From contig JAQUTY010000002.1 of the NCBI GenBank assembly GCA_028694155.1, positions 160,115 to 224,114 on the forward strand: a stretch of DNA of 64,000 bases. Direction: 5' to 3'. The stretch's first letter is position 1; every line of letters begins with the position of its first letter. The position numbers and the translations under genes are program-made. This stretch comes from Eubacteriales bacterium. GTDB lineage: Bacteria; Bacillota; Clostridia; Christensenellales; CAG-138. The notes under the pieces are model-generated. The model was not told the DNA's origin. It ran no database searches and saw nothing but the letters and a program-made list of their open reading frames with translations. This document shows, in pieces, positions 28,886 through 36,042 of the stretch.

Positions 28886-29791
28886 ATGAAACATCTTAAT
28901 GATATAGTGATTCCGATTATTACTCCCCTTACCGAGAACGACACCATTGATGTACCTTCTTTGGAGCGTCTTACCGAGTACATGATAAGCAAGGGCGTTG
29001 ACTGCCTGTACCCCTGCGGCACGACAGGCGAAATGGTCTATCTGACGGACGAGGAGAGAATGTTGGTTACGGAAACTGTCGTTCGCACGGCAAAGGGCAG
29101 GGTAACTGTCTTTGCACAGGTGGGTGCTGCCAATACTGCTTCTACCATCAAACTGGCGCAGCACGCAGTAGCCTGCGGAGCAGACGGCATAGGCGTTGTG
29201 ACACCTTGGTATTTCCAGCTTTCCGACAAGGCGTTGGTTGATTATTACTGTGAAGTGAGCCAAAGCGTTCCCGATGACTTCCCCATATACCTTTATTCCA
29301 TACCGCAGAACGCAGTCAACGATATCAATGCCGATACAGCAGAAAAGATTGCACAAAAGTGCAAAAACGTGCTGGGCATAAAGTACAGCTATCCCAACAT
29401 GACCCGCTTGCAGGAAATGATGACCGTGCGTGGCGGAGATTTTGACGTGCTTGTCGGGCCGGACCATCTCTATGAGGCTCTGGTTGCAGTTGGCGGCAAG
29501 GGTGTTGTATCGGGCAATGCCATGATTATCCCCGAGCATTACATTGCGGTGCGTGATGCCATGGCAAAGGGCGATTGGCAGACAGCAACCAAAGCGCAAC
29601 GCCGCACCAACATACTCAATTCAATTCTCTGCGCAAAGAACAACATCGGCTGCTATAAGGTTGTGCTCAAGGATTTGGGTGTAATATCCACCACGAAGAT
29701 GAGAAAGCCGATGGAGGAGGTCTCTGCGGACGATGCAAAGAAGCTGCTTGCAGATTTGTGTCTGGCAGACTATAAAAACGTGCGCCTGTGA
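28886..29791 (+). CDS. DapA/NanA-family class I pyruvate aldolase-like enzyme (probably not a dihydrodipicolinate synthase)
   Basis: The family motifs CGTTGEM and the Schiff-base lysine context LGIKYSYP are present. The DHDPS motif YN(V/I)PxRT reads YSIPQNA here, so the substrate-binding Arg is replaced by Asn. Confidence 0.75.
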   Translation: MKHLNDIVIPIITPLTENDTIDVPSLERLTEYMISKGVDCLYPCGTTGEMVYLTDEERMLVTETVVRTAKGRVTVFAQVGAANTASTIKLAQHAVACGADGIGVVTPWYFQLSDKALVDYYCEVSQSVPDDFPIYLYSIPQNAVNDINADTAEKIAQKCKNVLGIKYSYPNMTRLQEMMTVRGGDFDVLVGPDHLYEALVAVGGKGVVSGNAMIIPEHYIAVRDAMAKGDWQTATKAQRRTNILNSILCAKNNIGCYKVVLKDLGVISTTKMRKPMEEVSADDAKKLLADLCLADYKNVRL

Positions 29792-29837
29792 GCTATACGC
29801 CGGTAGATTTTAGCACAGAAGCAACGGAGGTGGACAT

Positions 29838-30830
29838 ATGAACCGCAAACCAAAGATTTTAGTCGTGGGCAGCTTTGTCATGGATCATTTTGCTTTGACA
29901 CGGGTGTTTCCCAAACAGGGAGAAACCGTGCTGGGTGAAACCATGCGAAAGGCACCCGGCGGCAAGGGCGCAAATCAGGCAGTGCAGGCAGCACGCCTTG
30001 GCGCACAAGTAACCATGATAGGCAAGCTGGGACGTAATGCGGACGGAGACAATATGCGCATCGCCTGTCAGAATGCAGGCATCGACACAAGCCATATCGT
30101 GTATGACGACAAGGCAGCTACCGCATGTTCGTTTATCATTTTAGAGCCGCTTGCCGATGGTTCAATAGCCAACCGAATCATTGTTATACCTGGTGCGAAT
30201 ATGACAATAAAGGCATCGGAGATTGAGCATCTCAAAGATAGCATCGGTCAGTATGACATGGTAATTTTGCAGCTTGAGATACCCATGGAGATAAACTGCC
30301 TTGTTGCCGAATATGCGGCCGCTGCAGGAGTACCCGTGATGCTCAACCCTGCACCCAGCGATGAGCTGCCACCAAAGCTGATCCAAAAGCTGACATACAT
30401 TTCGCCCAACGAGCACGAAGCGTGCAGCATGACGGGGGTAGAGATACCAAATGAGACGGACAACTTCTCCCTTGACAGCGCACAGGCGGCGGCGCAGGTG
30501 CTGCGTGACAGAGGCGCAAGCGATGTAATAATCACGCTTGGCGGAAGTGGTGCTGTGGACCTAAACGACAAGGGCTTGCACTATTCCCCCTGCGTGCCAA
30601 ATACTCGCTCTGTCGATCCCACTGCAGCAGGAGATTCCTTTGTGGCGGCATTCTGCTGTGCAACCTGCATCGGCATGGAAGCGGAAGATGCGCTGTGCTT
30701 TGCAAACCACACGGCGTCCATCACGGTATCAAGACCGGGAGCAATGCCCTCTCTGCCAACGCTTGACGAGGTGGAACAGCATTTGCAAGCAAAGGGGAAG
30801 CATCTGCCTTATTTGGACAGACTTCGCTGA
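29838..30830 (+). CDS. Ribokinase-like PfkB-family sugar kinase
   Basis: GSFVMDHF...FPKQGETVLGE...APGGKGANQAVQAARLG, SPNEHEA and DPTAAGDSFVAAF are colinear with the RbsK motifs. Confidence 0.8.
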   Translation: MNRKPKILVVGSFVMDHFALTRVFPKQGETVLGETMRKAPGGKGANQAVQAARLGAQVTMIGKLGRNADGDNMRIACQNAGIDTSHIVYDDKAATACSFIILEPLADGSIANRIIVIPGANMTIKASEIEHLKDSIGQYDMVILQLEIPMEINCLVAEYAAAAGVPVMLNPAPSDELPPKLIQKLTYISPNEHEACSMTGVEIPNETDNFSLDSAQAAAQVLRDRGASDVIITLGGSGAVDLNDKGLHYSPCVPNTRSVDPTAAGDSFVAAFCCATCIGMEAEDALCFANHTASITVSRPGAMPSLPTLDEVEQHLQAKGKHLPYLDRLR

Positions 30831-30841
30831 AGGAGACGGAC

Positions 30842-31453
30842 ATGGATAAGGAACGCAAAGTGCTGCTGGAAAACTATCTAAAGACAGCACAGGAAGAATT
30901 TAACAGCATCATTGCGTCTGTTGATGAGAATGCGCTAAATGAGGCGGCGGAGCTGATTCGCCTTGCCCAACGTGACGGCAAGCGACTGCACGTTTCGGGC
31001 ATTGGCAAGCCGGCGCACATAGCAGGCTATGCTGCATCGCTGCTTTCATCGACAGGGACGCCGACCTATTTTTTGCACGGAACGGAAGCGGTACATGGCT
31101 CCTGCGGACAACTGGTTGAGGGAGATGTGGTGATTTTCATTTCCAACAGCGGAGAAACGGCAGAGATGCGAGCAACGGTCGATGCAATCAAGAATAACGG
31201 CTGCAAAGTGATTGGAATAACTCGTGATGCGTCCTCGTGGCTGGCAAAAAAGAGTGACGTGCATCTGACGGCACACGCAAGTCAAGAGGGCGGGCCGCTT
31301 AATCGGGCACCAAGAATGTCTATAATTGCCGAAACGCTTGTGCTTCAGGCGCTGAGCATTGTTTTGCAGGCAGATATAGATTTGACCCCAAAGCAATACA
31401 TCAAGTGGCATCCCGGCGGAAAGCTGGGAGAGCTTCGGAAGGAGGAAACATAA
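30842..31453 (+). CDS. Single-SIS-domain sugar-phosphate isomerase, KdsD/KpsF (arabinose-5-phosphate isomerase)-like, without CBS domains
   Basis: GIGKPAHIAGYAASLLSSTGTPTYFLHGTEAVHGSCG...FISNSGET...WHPGGKLG is colinear with my recollection of E. coli KdsD ([37 protein letters not shown]...SNSGES...SHPGGALG). The protein ends about 10 residues after HPGG. Confidence 0.7.
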   Translation: MDKERKVLLENYLKTAQEEFNSIIASVDENALNEAAELIRLAQRDGKRLHVSGIGKPAHIAGYAASLLSSTGTPTYFLHGTEAVHGSCGQLVEGDVVIFISNSGETAEMRATVDAIKNNGCKVIGITRDASSWLAKKSDVHLTAHASQEGGPLNRAPRMSIIAETLVLQALSIVLQADIDLTPKQYIKWHPGGKLGELRKEET

Positions 31454-31863
31454 TGCTGACAACTCAATGTATACACCCTCAGATAATGGCGACTCTTGCA
31501 CATTGCGGACACGGAAGCAAGATTCTCATTGCGGACGGTAATTATCCGGTCAAGGAGAAAAGCGGCGATGCCGAAAAGGTATATTTGGGTCTTAGCCGTG
31601 GAATACCTACTGCTACCGATGTACTATCCGCACTTCATACGGTTGTAGAGTTTGAGAGCGCAACAGTAATGACTCCCAATGAAGGACCTGAACCCGAAGT
31701 CTTTGAGGAGTTTAGAAAAGAATTGAACGGAATGAGCTTGAGCACATTGGATCGTTACGCATTCTATGAGGCATGCATGGAGCAGGGCGCAGTAGCATTG
31801 GCTATCAGCACGGGCGAACAGCGCACCTTTTCCTGCATTCTGCTGACGATTGCCTGCGCTTAA
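31453..31863 (+). CDS. RbsD/FucU-family sugar mutarotase/pyranase
   Basis: MLTTQCIHPQIMATLAHCGHGSKILIADGNYP and RYAFYEA...STGEQRTFSCILL parallel FucU (LAEMGHGDEIIFSDAHFP, RFAFYERA...TGERAKYGNILL). The ATG overlaps the upstream TAA (TAATG) after AGGAGG. The track ORF starts at 31405. Confidence 0.75.
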   Translation: MLTTQCIHPQIMATLAHCGHGSKILIADGNYPVKEKSGDAEKVYLGLSRGIPTATDVLSALHTVVEFESATVMTPNEGPEPEVFEEFRKELNGMSLSTLDRYAFYEACMEQGAVALAISTGEQRTFSCILLTIACA

Positions 31864-31953
31864 AACGTTCATCAACCTTGCCAAGTGCGATTTTTTAGAT
31901 TCCTTCCCTTAAACATCTAATTGAACATCGCATTTGGCAGATCCCCCCCAATT

Positions 31954-31992
31954 TCGACCTCCACGGCGTATACAAAGCGGCGTGGAGGTCGA
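31954..31992 (+). terminator. Strong hairpin at the end of the ten-gene operon (no U-tract)
   Basis: TCGACCTCCACG (31954-31965) and CGTGGAGGTCGA (31981-31992) form a perfect 12-bp stem with a 15-nt loop. The following sequence is ACAACAAAG, so an intrinsic-terminator role is uncertain. Confidence 0.4.
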
Positions 31993-32014
31993 ACAACAAA
32001 GAAAGGCGGACTGA

Positions 32015-32266
32015 ATGGGCTTCTTTGACGGAAGAAGAAAAGATGATGACAGCGGAGAGCAGCTTGCGGTGGGCATGGAACTCCCTCGTGTCTATTACCT
32101 GCTAGGGCCACCCGAAGAGCGAATAGACAATGCAGACGGATTCACAATGGTTTGGGTAAAGACAAATTTGGCAGGAGTGTTCCGTGGCAGCATTAAAAAG
32201 AAGGTAACACGAGTAGTATTTAAGGAAAAACGCGTTGTCTCGTGGACTGTTGAGGGCGACGACTAG
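32015..32266 (+). CDS. Small hypothetical protein (BamE/SmpA-like fold suspected)
   Basis: 83 aa with GAAAGGCGGA upstream. GMELPRVYYLLGPPEE...VVFKEKRVVSW resembles the small beta-meander pattern GMTxxQVxxLLGxP...FxNGKVxS. Confidence 0.4.
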   Translation: MGFFDGRRKDDDSGEQLAVGMELPRVYYLLGPPEERIDNADGFTMVWVKTNLAGVFRGSIKKKVTRVVFKEKRVVSWTVEGDD

Positions 32267-32604
32267 CGCATCGCCTCAAGGAGACTTGCTACTTCATCGG
32301 CACTCAATACTTTTCCGTAGGATATAACCTTGTCGTCCACTACGAGAGCAGGGGTGGTCATAACCCCGTATGCCGCTATTTTGGCAAAATCCGTTACATG
32401 GTCAATCGCCGTGTCCATACCAAGACGCCCCAAGGCGTCCCTTGTCGCCGCTTCCAAAGCGTTGCATTTTTTACAGCCTGAGCCAAGAATTTTCACCCTT
32501 GCGCCCTCTCCTTTAGATTCTGACGCCTCCGCCATGCTTTTTGCATCGAAGTTGCTGCAGCACGCAGGGCGTTCCTCTTTCTTTCTTTTTCCAAACAGAG
32601 CCAT
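32263..32604 (-). CDS. Thioredoxin-fold protein (redox-active disulfide protein 2 type) with a Cys-Cys N-terminal extension
   Basis: VKILGSGCKKCNALEA...MTTPALVVDDKV is the Thioredoxin_3-type CxxC core. A roughly 35-aa N-terminal extension carries the vicinal cysteines PACCSNF. Confidence 0.7.
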   Translation of the reverse strand: MALFGKRKKEERPACCSNFDAKSMAEASESKGEGARVKILGSGCKKCNALEAATRDALGRLGMDTAIDHVTDFAKIAAYGVMTTPALVVDDKVISYGKVLSADEVASLLEAMR

Positions 32605-32643
32605 TTTTCTTTCTCCTTAATATTAGTTATACTTATTACATCG

Positions 32644-33639
32644 TCACAGCAACGGCTGCAAAAGGTTGAACAGATAACCCACAAGTATTATGCCCACCGT
32701 GCATATGCCTATAAACAACGCCAACAGTCGTGGCTTGACCGCTTTTTTGAGCATGACCATGGACGGAAGCGACAGAGTTGTCACCGCCATCATAAATGAC
32801 AGCACCACACCAAGCAAGGCTCCTTTTCCCAAAAGTGCCTCCGCTATTGGGATGGTGCCGAATATATCGGCGTACATGGGAACACCCAGAATGGTCGCAA
32901 GTACCACGCCAAAGGGATTGCTGCTTCCAAGCACAGACACCACCCATTCCTGCGGAATCCAGTTGTGAATGACTGCACCGATACCGACCCCGATAAGAAT
33001 GTAAGGCAGAACCTTCAAAAAGGTTGAGCGCATCTGATCCTTAGCATATATGAGCCGTTCCCGTTGCGTAAGCGTGGTCGATTGAATATCCACTCGGCTT
33101 GCCGACAGGATAAAGCTCTCCACATAACGTTCCATGCGGAGCTTTTCGATGAGTGTACCGCCAATAACGGCAACCACCAGCCCCACAAAGATATATAACA
33201 GAGCAACCTTCCACCCGAAAATGCTCATCAGCAGCATGAGTGAACCCAAATCGACCATGGGTGAGGAGATGAGAAATGAGAACGTTACGCCAACGGGCAG
33301 ACCGGCACTTGAAAAGCCAATAAAAAGAGGAATGGACGAGCAGGAACAAAAGGGCGTCACCGTGCCCAGCAAGGCAGCGATGCAGTTTGCGCCTATGCCC
33401 CTAAAGCGACCCAAAATTTTTCTGCTCCGTTCAGGCGGAAAATAGCTCTGAATGTAGCTGATTACATATATCAGCAGGCATAGCAGCACGGTGATTTTTA
33501 TGGTGTCGTACAGGAAAAAACGTGCGCTGCCCACCCACCTGTTGGAAAGGTCAAAACCTAGGGCGGACAGTCCCATGCCGATTAAATCGTTGAGCCATTG
33601 CATTCCCAGCACCTGATTTTGAAAGAAATCCCAAATCAT
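32644..33639 (-). CDS. ArsP/YraQ-type permease (DUF318 family)
   Basis: Polytopic, with the hallmark VTPFCSCSSIPLF motif. The start at 33639 forms an ATGA overlap with the arsR-like stop. The track ORF extends to 33672. Confidence 0.7.
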   Translation of the reverse strand: MIWDFFQNQVLGMQWLNDLIGMGLSALGFDLSNRWVGSARFFLYDTIKITVLLCLLIYVISYIQSYFPPERSRKILGRFRGIGANCIAALLGTVTPFCSCSSIPLFIGFSSAGLPVGVTFSFLISSPMVDLGSLMLLMSIFGWKVALLYIFVGLVVAVIGGTLIEKLRMERYVESFILSASRVDIQSTTLTQRERLIYAKDQMRSTFLKVLPYILIGVGIGAVIHNWIPQEWVVSVLGSSNPFGVVLATILGVPMYADIFGTIPIAEALLGKGALLGVVLSFMMAVTTLSLPSMVMLKKAVKPRLLALFIGICTVGIILVGYLFNLLQPLL

Positions 33640-33941
33640 CTGCAACCGCAACCCTTCTTTGAAGAACCACACGACAGGCCTGCAACAAACTGTGCAAATT
33701 CATTCAGCGTGTGACAGTTGAGCGAGTAATGGTTCCACTTGCCGTCCTTGCGTGCAAGAACAAGACCGCAGGCGCAGAGGGTCTTCATGTGGTGCGACAG
33801 CGTTGGCTGCGAAATATCAAACGCCTCCAGCAGCTTGCAGGCGCATTTCTCCCCATCGGCAAGAAGCAGCACAATTTTCAGTCTGTTGTCATCGCTCAAT
33901 GCCTTTGAAATCGCGGCGACATCAAATAAATCCATATTCAC
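33636..33941 (-). CDS. ArsR/SmtB-family metalloregulator
   Basis: KALSDDNRLKIVLLLADGEKCACKLLEAFDISQPTLSHHMKTL carries the CxC sensing motif and a winged HTH. The tail SCGSSKKGCGCR is Cys-rich. Confidence 0.88.
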   Translation of the reverse strand: MNMDLFDVAAISKALSDDNRLKIVLLLADGEKCACKLLEAFDISQPTLSHHMKTLCACGLVLARKDGKWNHYSLNCHTLNEFAQFVAGLSCGSSKKGCGCR

Positions 33942-33947
33942 ACCTCA

Positions 33948-34000
33948 CATTGATAATTGTCTATGTAACATTATAGCGCATAGATAGATGATTGTCAATG
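33948..34000 (-). promoter_or_regulatory. Consensus promoter of the arsR-like operon overlapped by a nested inverted repeat (candidate ArsR operator)
   Basis: The reverse strand reads TTGACA (33998-33993), a 17-nt spacer and TATAAT (33975-33970). The inverted-repeat arms are CATTGATAAT (33948-33957) and ATTGTCAATG (33991-34000), with inner arms CTATG and CATAG. Confidence 0.65.
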
Positions 34001-34039
34001 TGTTTTTACATTGAGCATAATGCAACTTCGATAAGGTTT

Positions 34040-34900
34040 CTATCTGTCCAACAGCTTAATCCAGTAGCCTCCCTGTCGGGTTCTGATGAAGCGTGTAAAG
34101 CCAAAGAGGTGCTTTGGCGGACGAGGAGCGTATGCGCCCGGGACGGCGATAATTTTGAAAAGCTCGCTGCCACGCTTCCATTCGCCCTCAAGATGCGGCA
34201 TTACACCCTCACCGCTGACCGCTGTCCATGTGGAGTTTGGAAAGGTGTTCGGAAAGGGATTGCCAACGACAGACGGTGGGACGGTGGTTGCTTTAGCACC
34301 CTTTAGAAGCGTGTCTATCTCGTTGAGCCAGTCGTTAGCAGAGCTTACATTTGGCGGCTTGGGCGCAGGCGCAGGCGCAGGCACAGCAAGCGGCTCAGTG
34401 AGTGCAGGGTGGTGCATGGGCTGATGCTGTGTGTCGATGCGCTCATAGACGGCATTTGCACGATGAAGCAGCGCAGAGAATGATGCCGTGGCTGCCTCCG
34501 TATCGTGTACATCGGGGTGGGCGTAAGGCTCGCTTTGTTGAGACATAATTGCACCATCATCTGGCTCAGGCTCGTCAACCTGCTCAAGTTCAGGCTCGGG
34601 AATTACTACGCTCTTGGTGCGATTTTGGGACAAGAGCGACCAAAGCTGTTGCCGTGTCAAATTGCAATTTGGCGCAACGCCGTGGCAAGTGAGCCTGTCG
34701 TCATCTACCACGGCAACGGCACGAAAAGTGCCGACCAGTTTCAGCGGAGTGTTCGCAAAAATCGGCAAGGTTTGTTCATCGGTTACGACAAAGCATTTGC
34801 CCGACATGGGACGCTTTGTTTTGAGCATAGCCACGTCATCTGTGATGTTCAGGCTGCCCACGGGTTCTCCTACAGAAGTTTTTAGGGGTACATAAAGCAT
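34040..34900 (-). CDS. Hypothetical protein: two globular ends joined by an acidic, Pro-rich linker
   Basis: 286-aa ORF with AGGAAAGAGG upstream. The linker contains PEPELEQVDEPEPDD and PAPAPAPKPP. I recognise no family motif. Confidence 0.45.
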   Translation of the reverse strand: MLYVPLKTSVGEPVGSLNITDDVAMLKTKRPMSGKCFVVTDEQTLPIFANTPLKLVGTFRAVAVVDDDRLTCHGVAPNCNLTRQQLWSLLSQNRTKSVVIPEPELEQVDEPEPDDGAIMSQQSEPYAHPDVHDTEAATASFSALLHRANAVYERIDTQHQPMHHPALTEPLAVPAPAPAPKPPNVSSANDWLNEIDTLLKGAKATTVPPSVVGNPFPNTFPNSTWTAVSGEGVMPHLEGEWKRGSELFKIIAVPGAYAPRPPKHLFGFTRFIRTRQGGYWIKLLDR

Positions 34901-34976
34901 AAAATCACCTCTTTCCTATTGTATAAAGCACGAAAAGAGAGTATGATATGATAAGTGAATTATCGGAGGTTGAATT

Positions 34977-35792
34977 ATGACTATTTGGCTGGCGTTACTG
35001 CTGGGTATTGTTCAGGGCGTGTGCGAGTTTTTGCCAATTTCCAGTTCGGGGCATCTGCTGATGCTGCAAACGATGTTCGGTCTTAGCGAACCTACGGCAT
35101 CGCTTTTCACGGTGATGCTGCACGTTGCCACGCTTGTTGCAGTCTGCGTTGTGTATAGAAAGCTGCTGTGGAAGCTCATCAAGCACCCCATACAAAAGAC
35201 GGTGGGACTGTTGATACTTGCCACCATTCCAACGGTGCTGTTTGCGCTGATAATGAAGAAGGTTTCGCCGCTTGACGGTTTTTATGCGGACGCAGAGCTT
35301 GGAAAATATCTCGGCGTGGGTTTCATTTTAACGTCCGTTCTGCTGGTTGTGAGCGATATGCTGCTCAACAAGCTCCAAAAGCGTGACATGAAGAGCATGA
35401 AGGTTAAAGATGCGCTTGTCGTTGGAGGAATGCAGTGCTTGGGCGTATTTCCGGGCGTTTCACGTTCCGGCTCGACCATTACAGGCGCACTTTTGACAGG
35501 CTTGGATCGCAAGTCGGCAGCGGATTTCTCATTTTTGATGTCCATTCCCGCTATCTTGGGCGCAACGGTACTCGAAGCGGCGGACACGATAAAGGAGGGC
35601 ATCACGCTTGCAGGCAGCGACATAGTTTACATTGTCGTGGGAATGATTGCAGCTGGAGTAACGGGCTACTTTGCCATTAGGTTCATGATAAAACTCATCA
35701 CAAAACGCCGTCTGTGGGGATTTGCAGTCTACACGGGAGTGCTTGGCGTATTTGTGATTTTGAGTCAAATATTTGGATGGGCAGGTTTTTGA
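34977..35792 (+). CDS. uppP: Undecaprenyl-diphosphate phosphatase
   Basis: GIVQGVCEFLPISSSGHL and GVSRSGSTITG are UppP/BacA signature regions. Confidence 0.92.
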   Translation: MTIWLALLLGIVQGVCEFLPISSSGHLLMLQTMFGLSEPTASLFTVMLHVATLVAVCVVYRKLLWKLIKHPIQKTVGLLILATIPTVLFALIMKKVSPLDGFYADAELGKYLGVGFILTSVLLVVSDMLLNKLQKRDMKSMKVKDALVVGGMQCLGVFPGVSRSGSTITGALLTGLDRKSAADFSFLMSIPAILGATVLEAADTIKEGITLAGSDIVYIVVGMIAAGVTGYFAIRFMIKLITKRRLWGFAVYTGVLGVFVILSQIFGWAGF

Positions 35793-35793
35793 G

Positions 35794-36042
35794 ATGAGAT
35801 TGGATAAGTTTTTGAAGGTGTCCCGAATGATTAAGCGGCGCAGCGTTGCAAACGAGGCGGCAGGCGCAGGGCGCATTGCAATCAACGGAAAAGTTGCAAA
35901 GCCGGCTTCCGATGTAAAGGTGGGCGACGAGCTGGATATTCTTCTGGGTGGCAAGCACATGATTGTCAGGGTCAACGCCACACCCGAATTTACAAAAAAA
36001 GAGGACGCAGACAGTATGTATTCTATTTTGGAGGCACAATAA
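35794..36042 (+). CDS. S4-domain RNA-binding protein
   Basis: [35 protein letters not shown] is an S4 motif. The start moves to 35794 from the track ORF start at 35773. Confidence 0.75.
   Translation: MRLDKFLKVSRMIKRRSVANEAAGAGRIAINGKVAKPASDVKVGDELDILLGGKHMIVRVNATPEFTKKEDADSMYSILEAQ

Noticed and set aside
28385-29599. A 404-aa minus-strand ORF spanning the end of the aminotransferase gene and most of the DapA-family gene.
   Set aside because: It lies antisense to two ORFs with clear family motifs. Its composition is skewed (His/Cys/Gly/Arg-rich) and I see no recognisable domain or ribosome-binding site. Long antisense ORFs are expected with this codon bias.
22274-31863. Interpreting the operon as a fructoselysine/fructosamine (frl/fra-type) Amadori utilisation locus.
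   Set aside because: A PfkB kinase plus a SIS protein is suggestive. However, the known deglycases are roughly 330-aa double-SIS proteins, while this SIS protein is a 203-aa KdsD-type single domain. The kinase motifs are closest to ribokinase. The frl/fra model also explains neither the DapA-family aldolase, racemase, aminotransferase nor FucU. I keep it only as a minor alternative.
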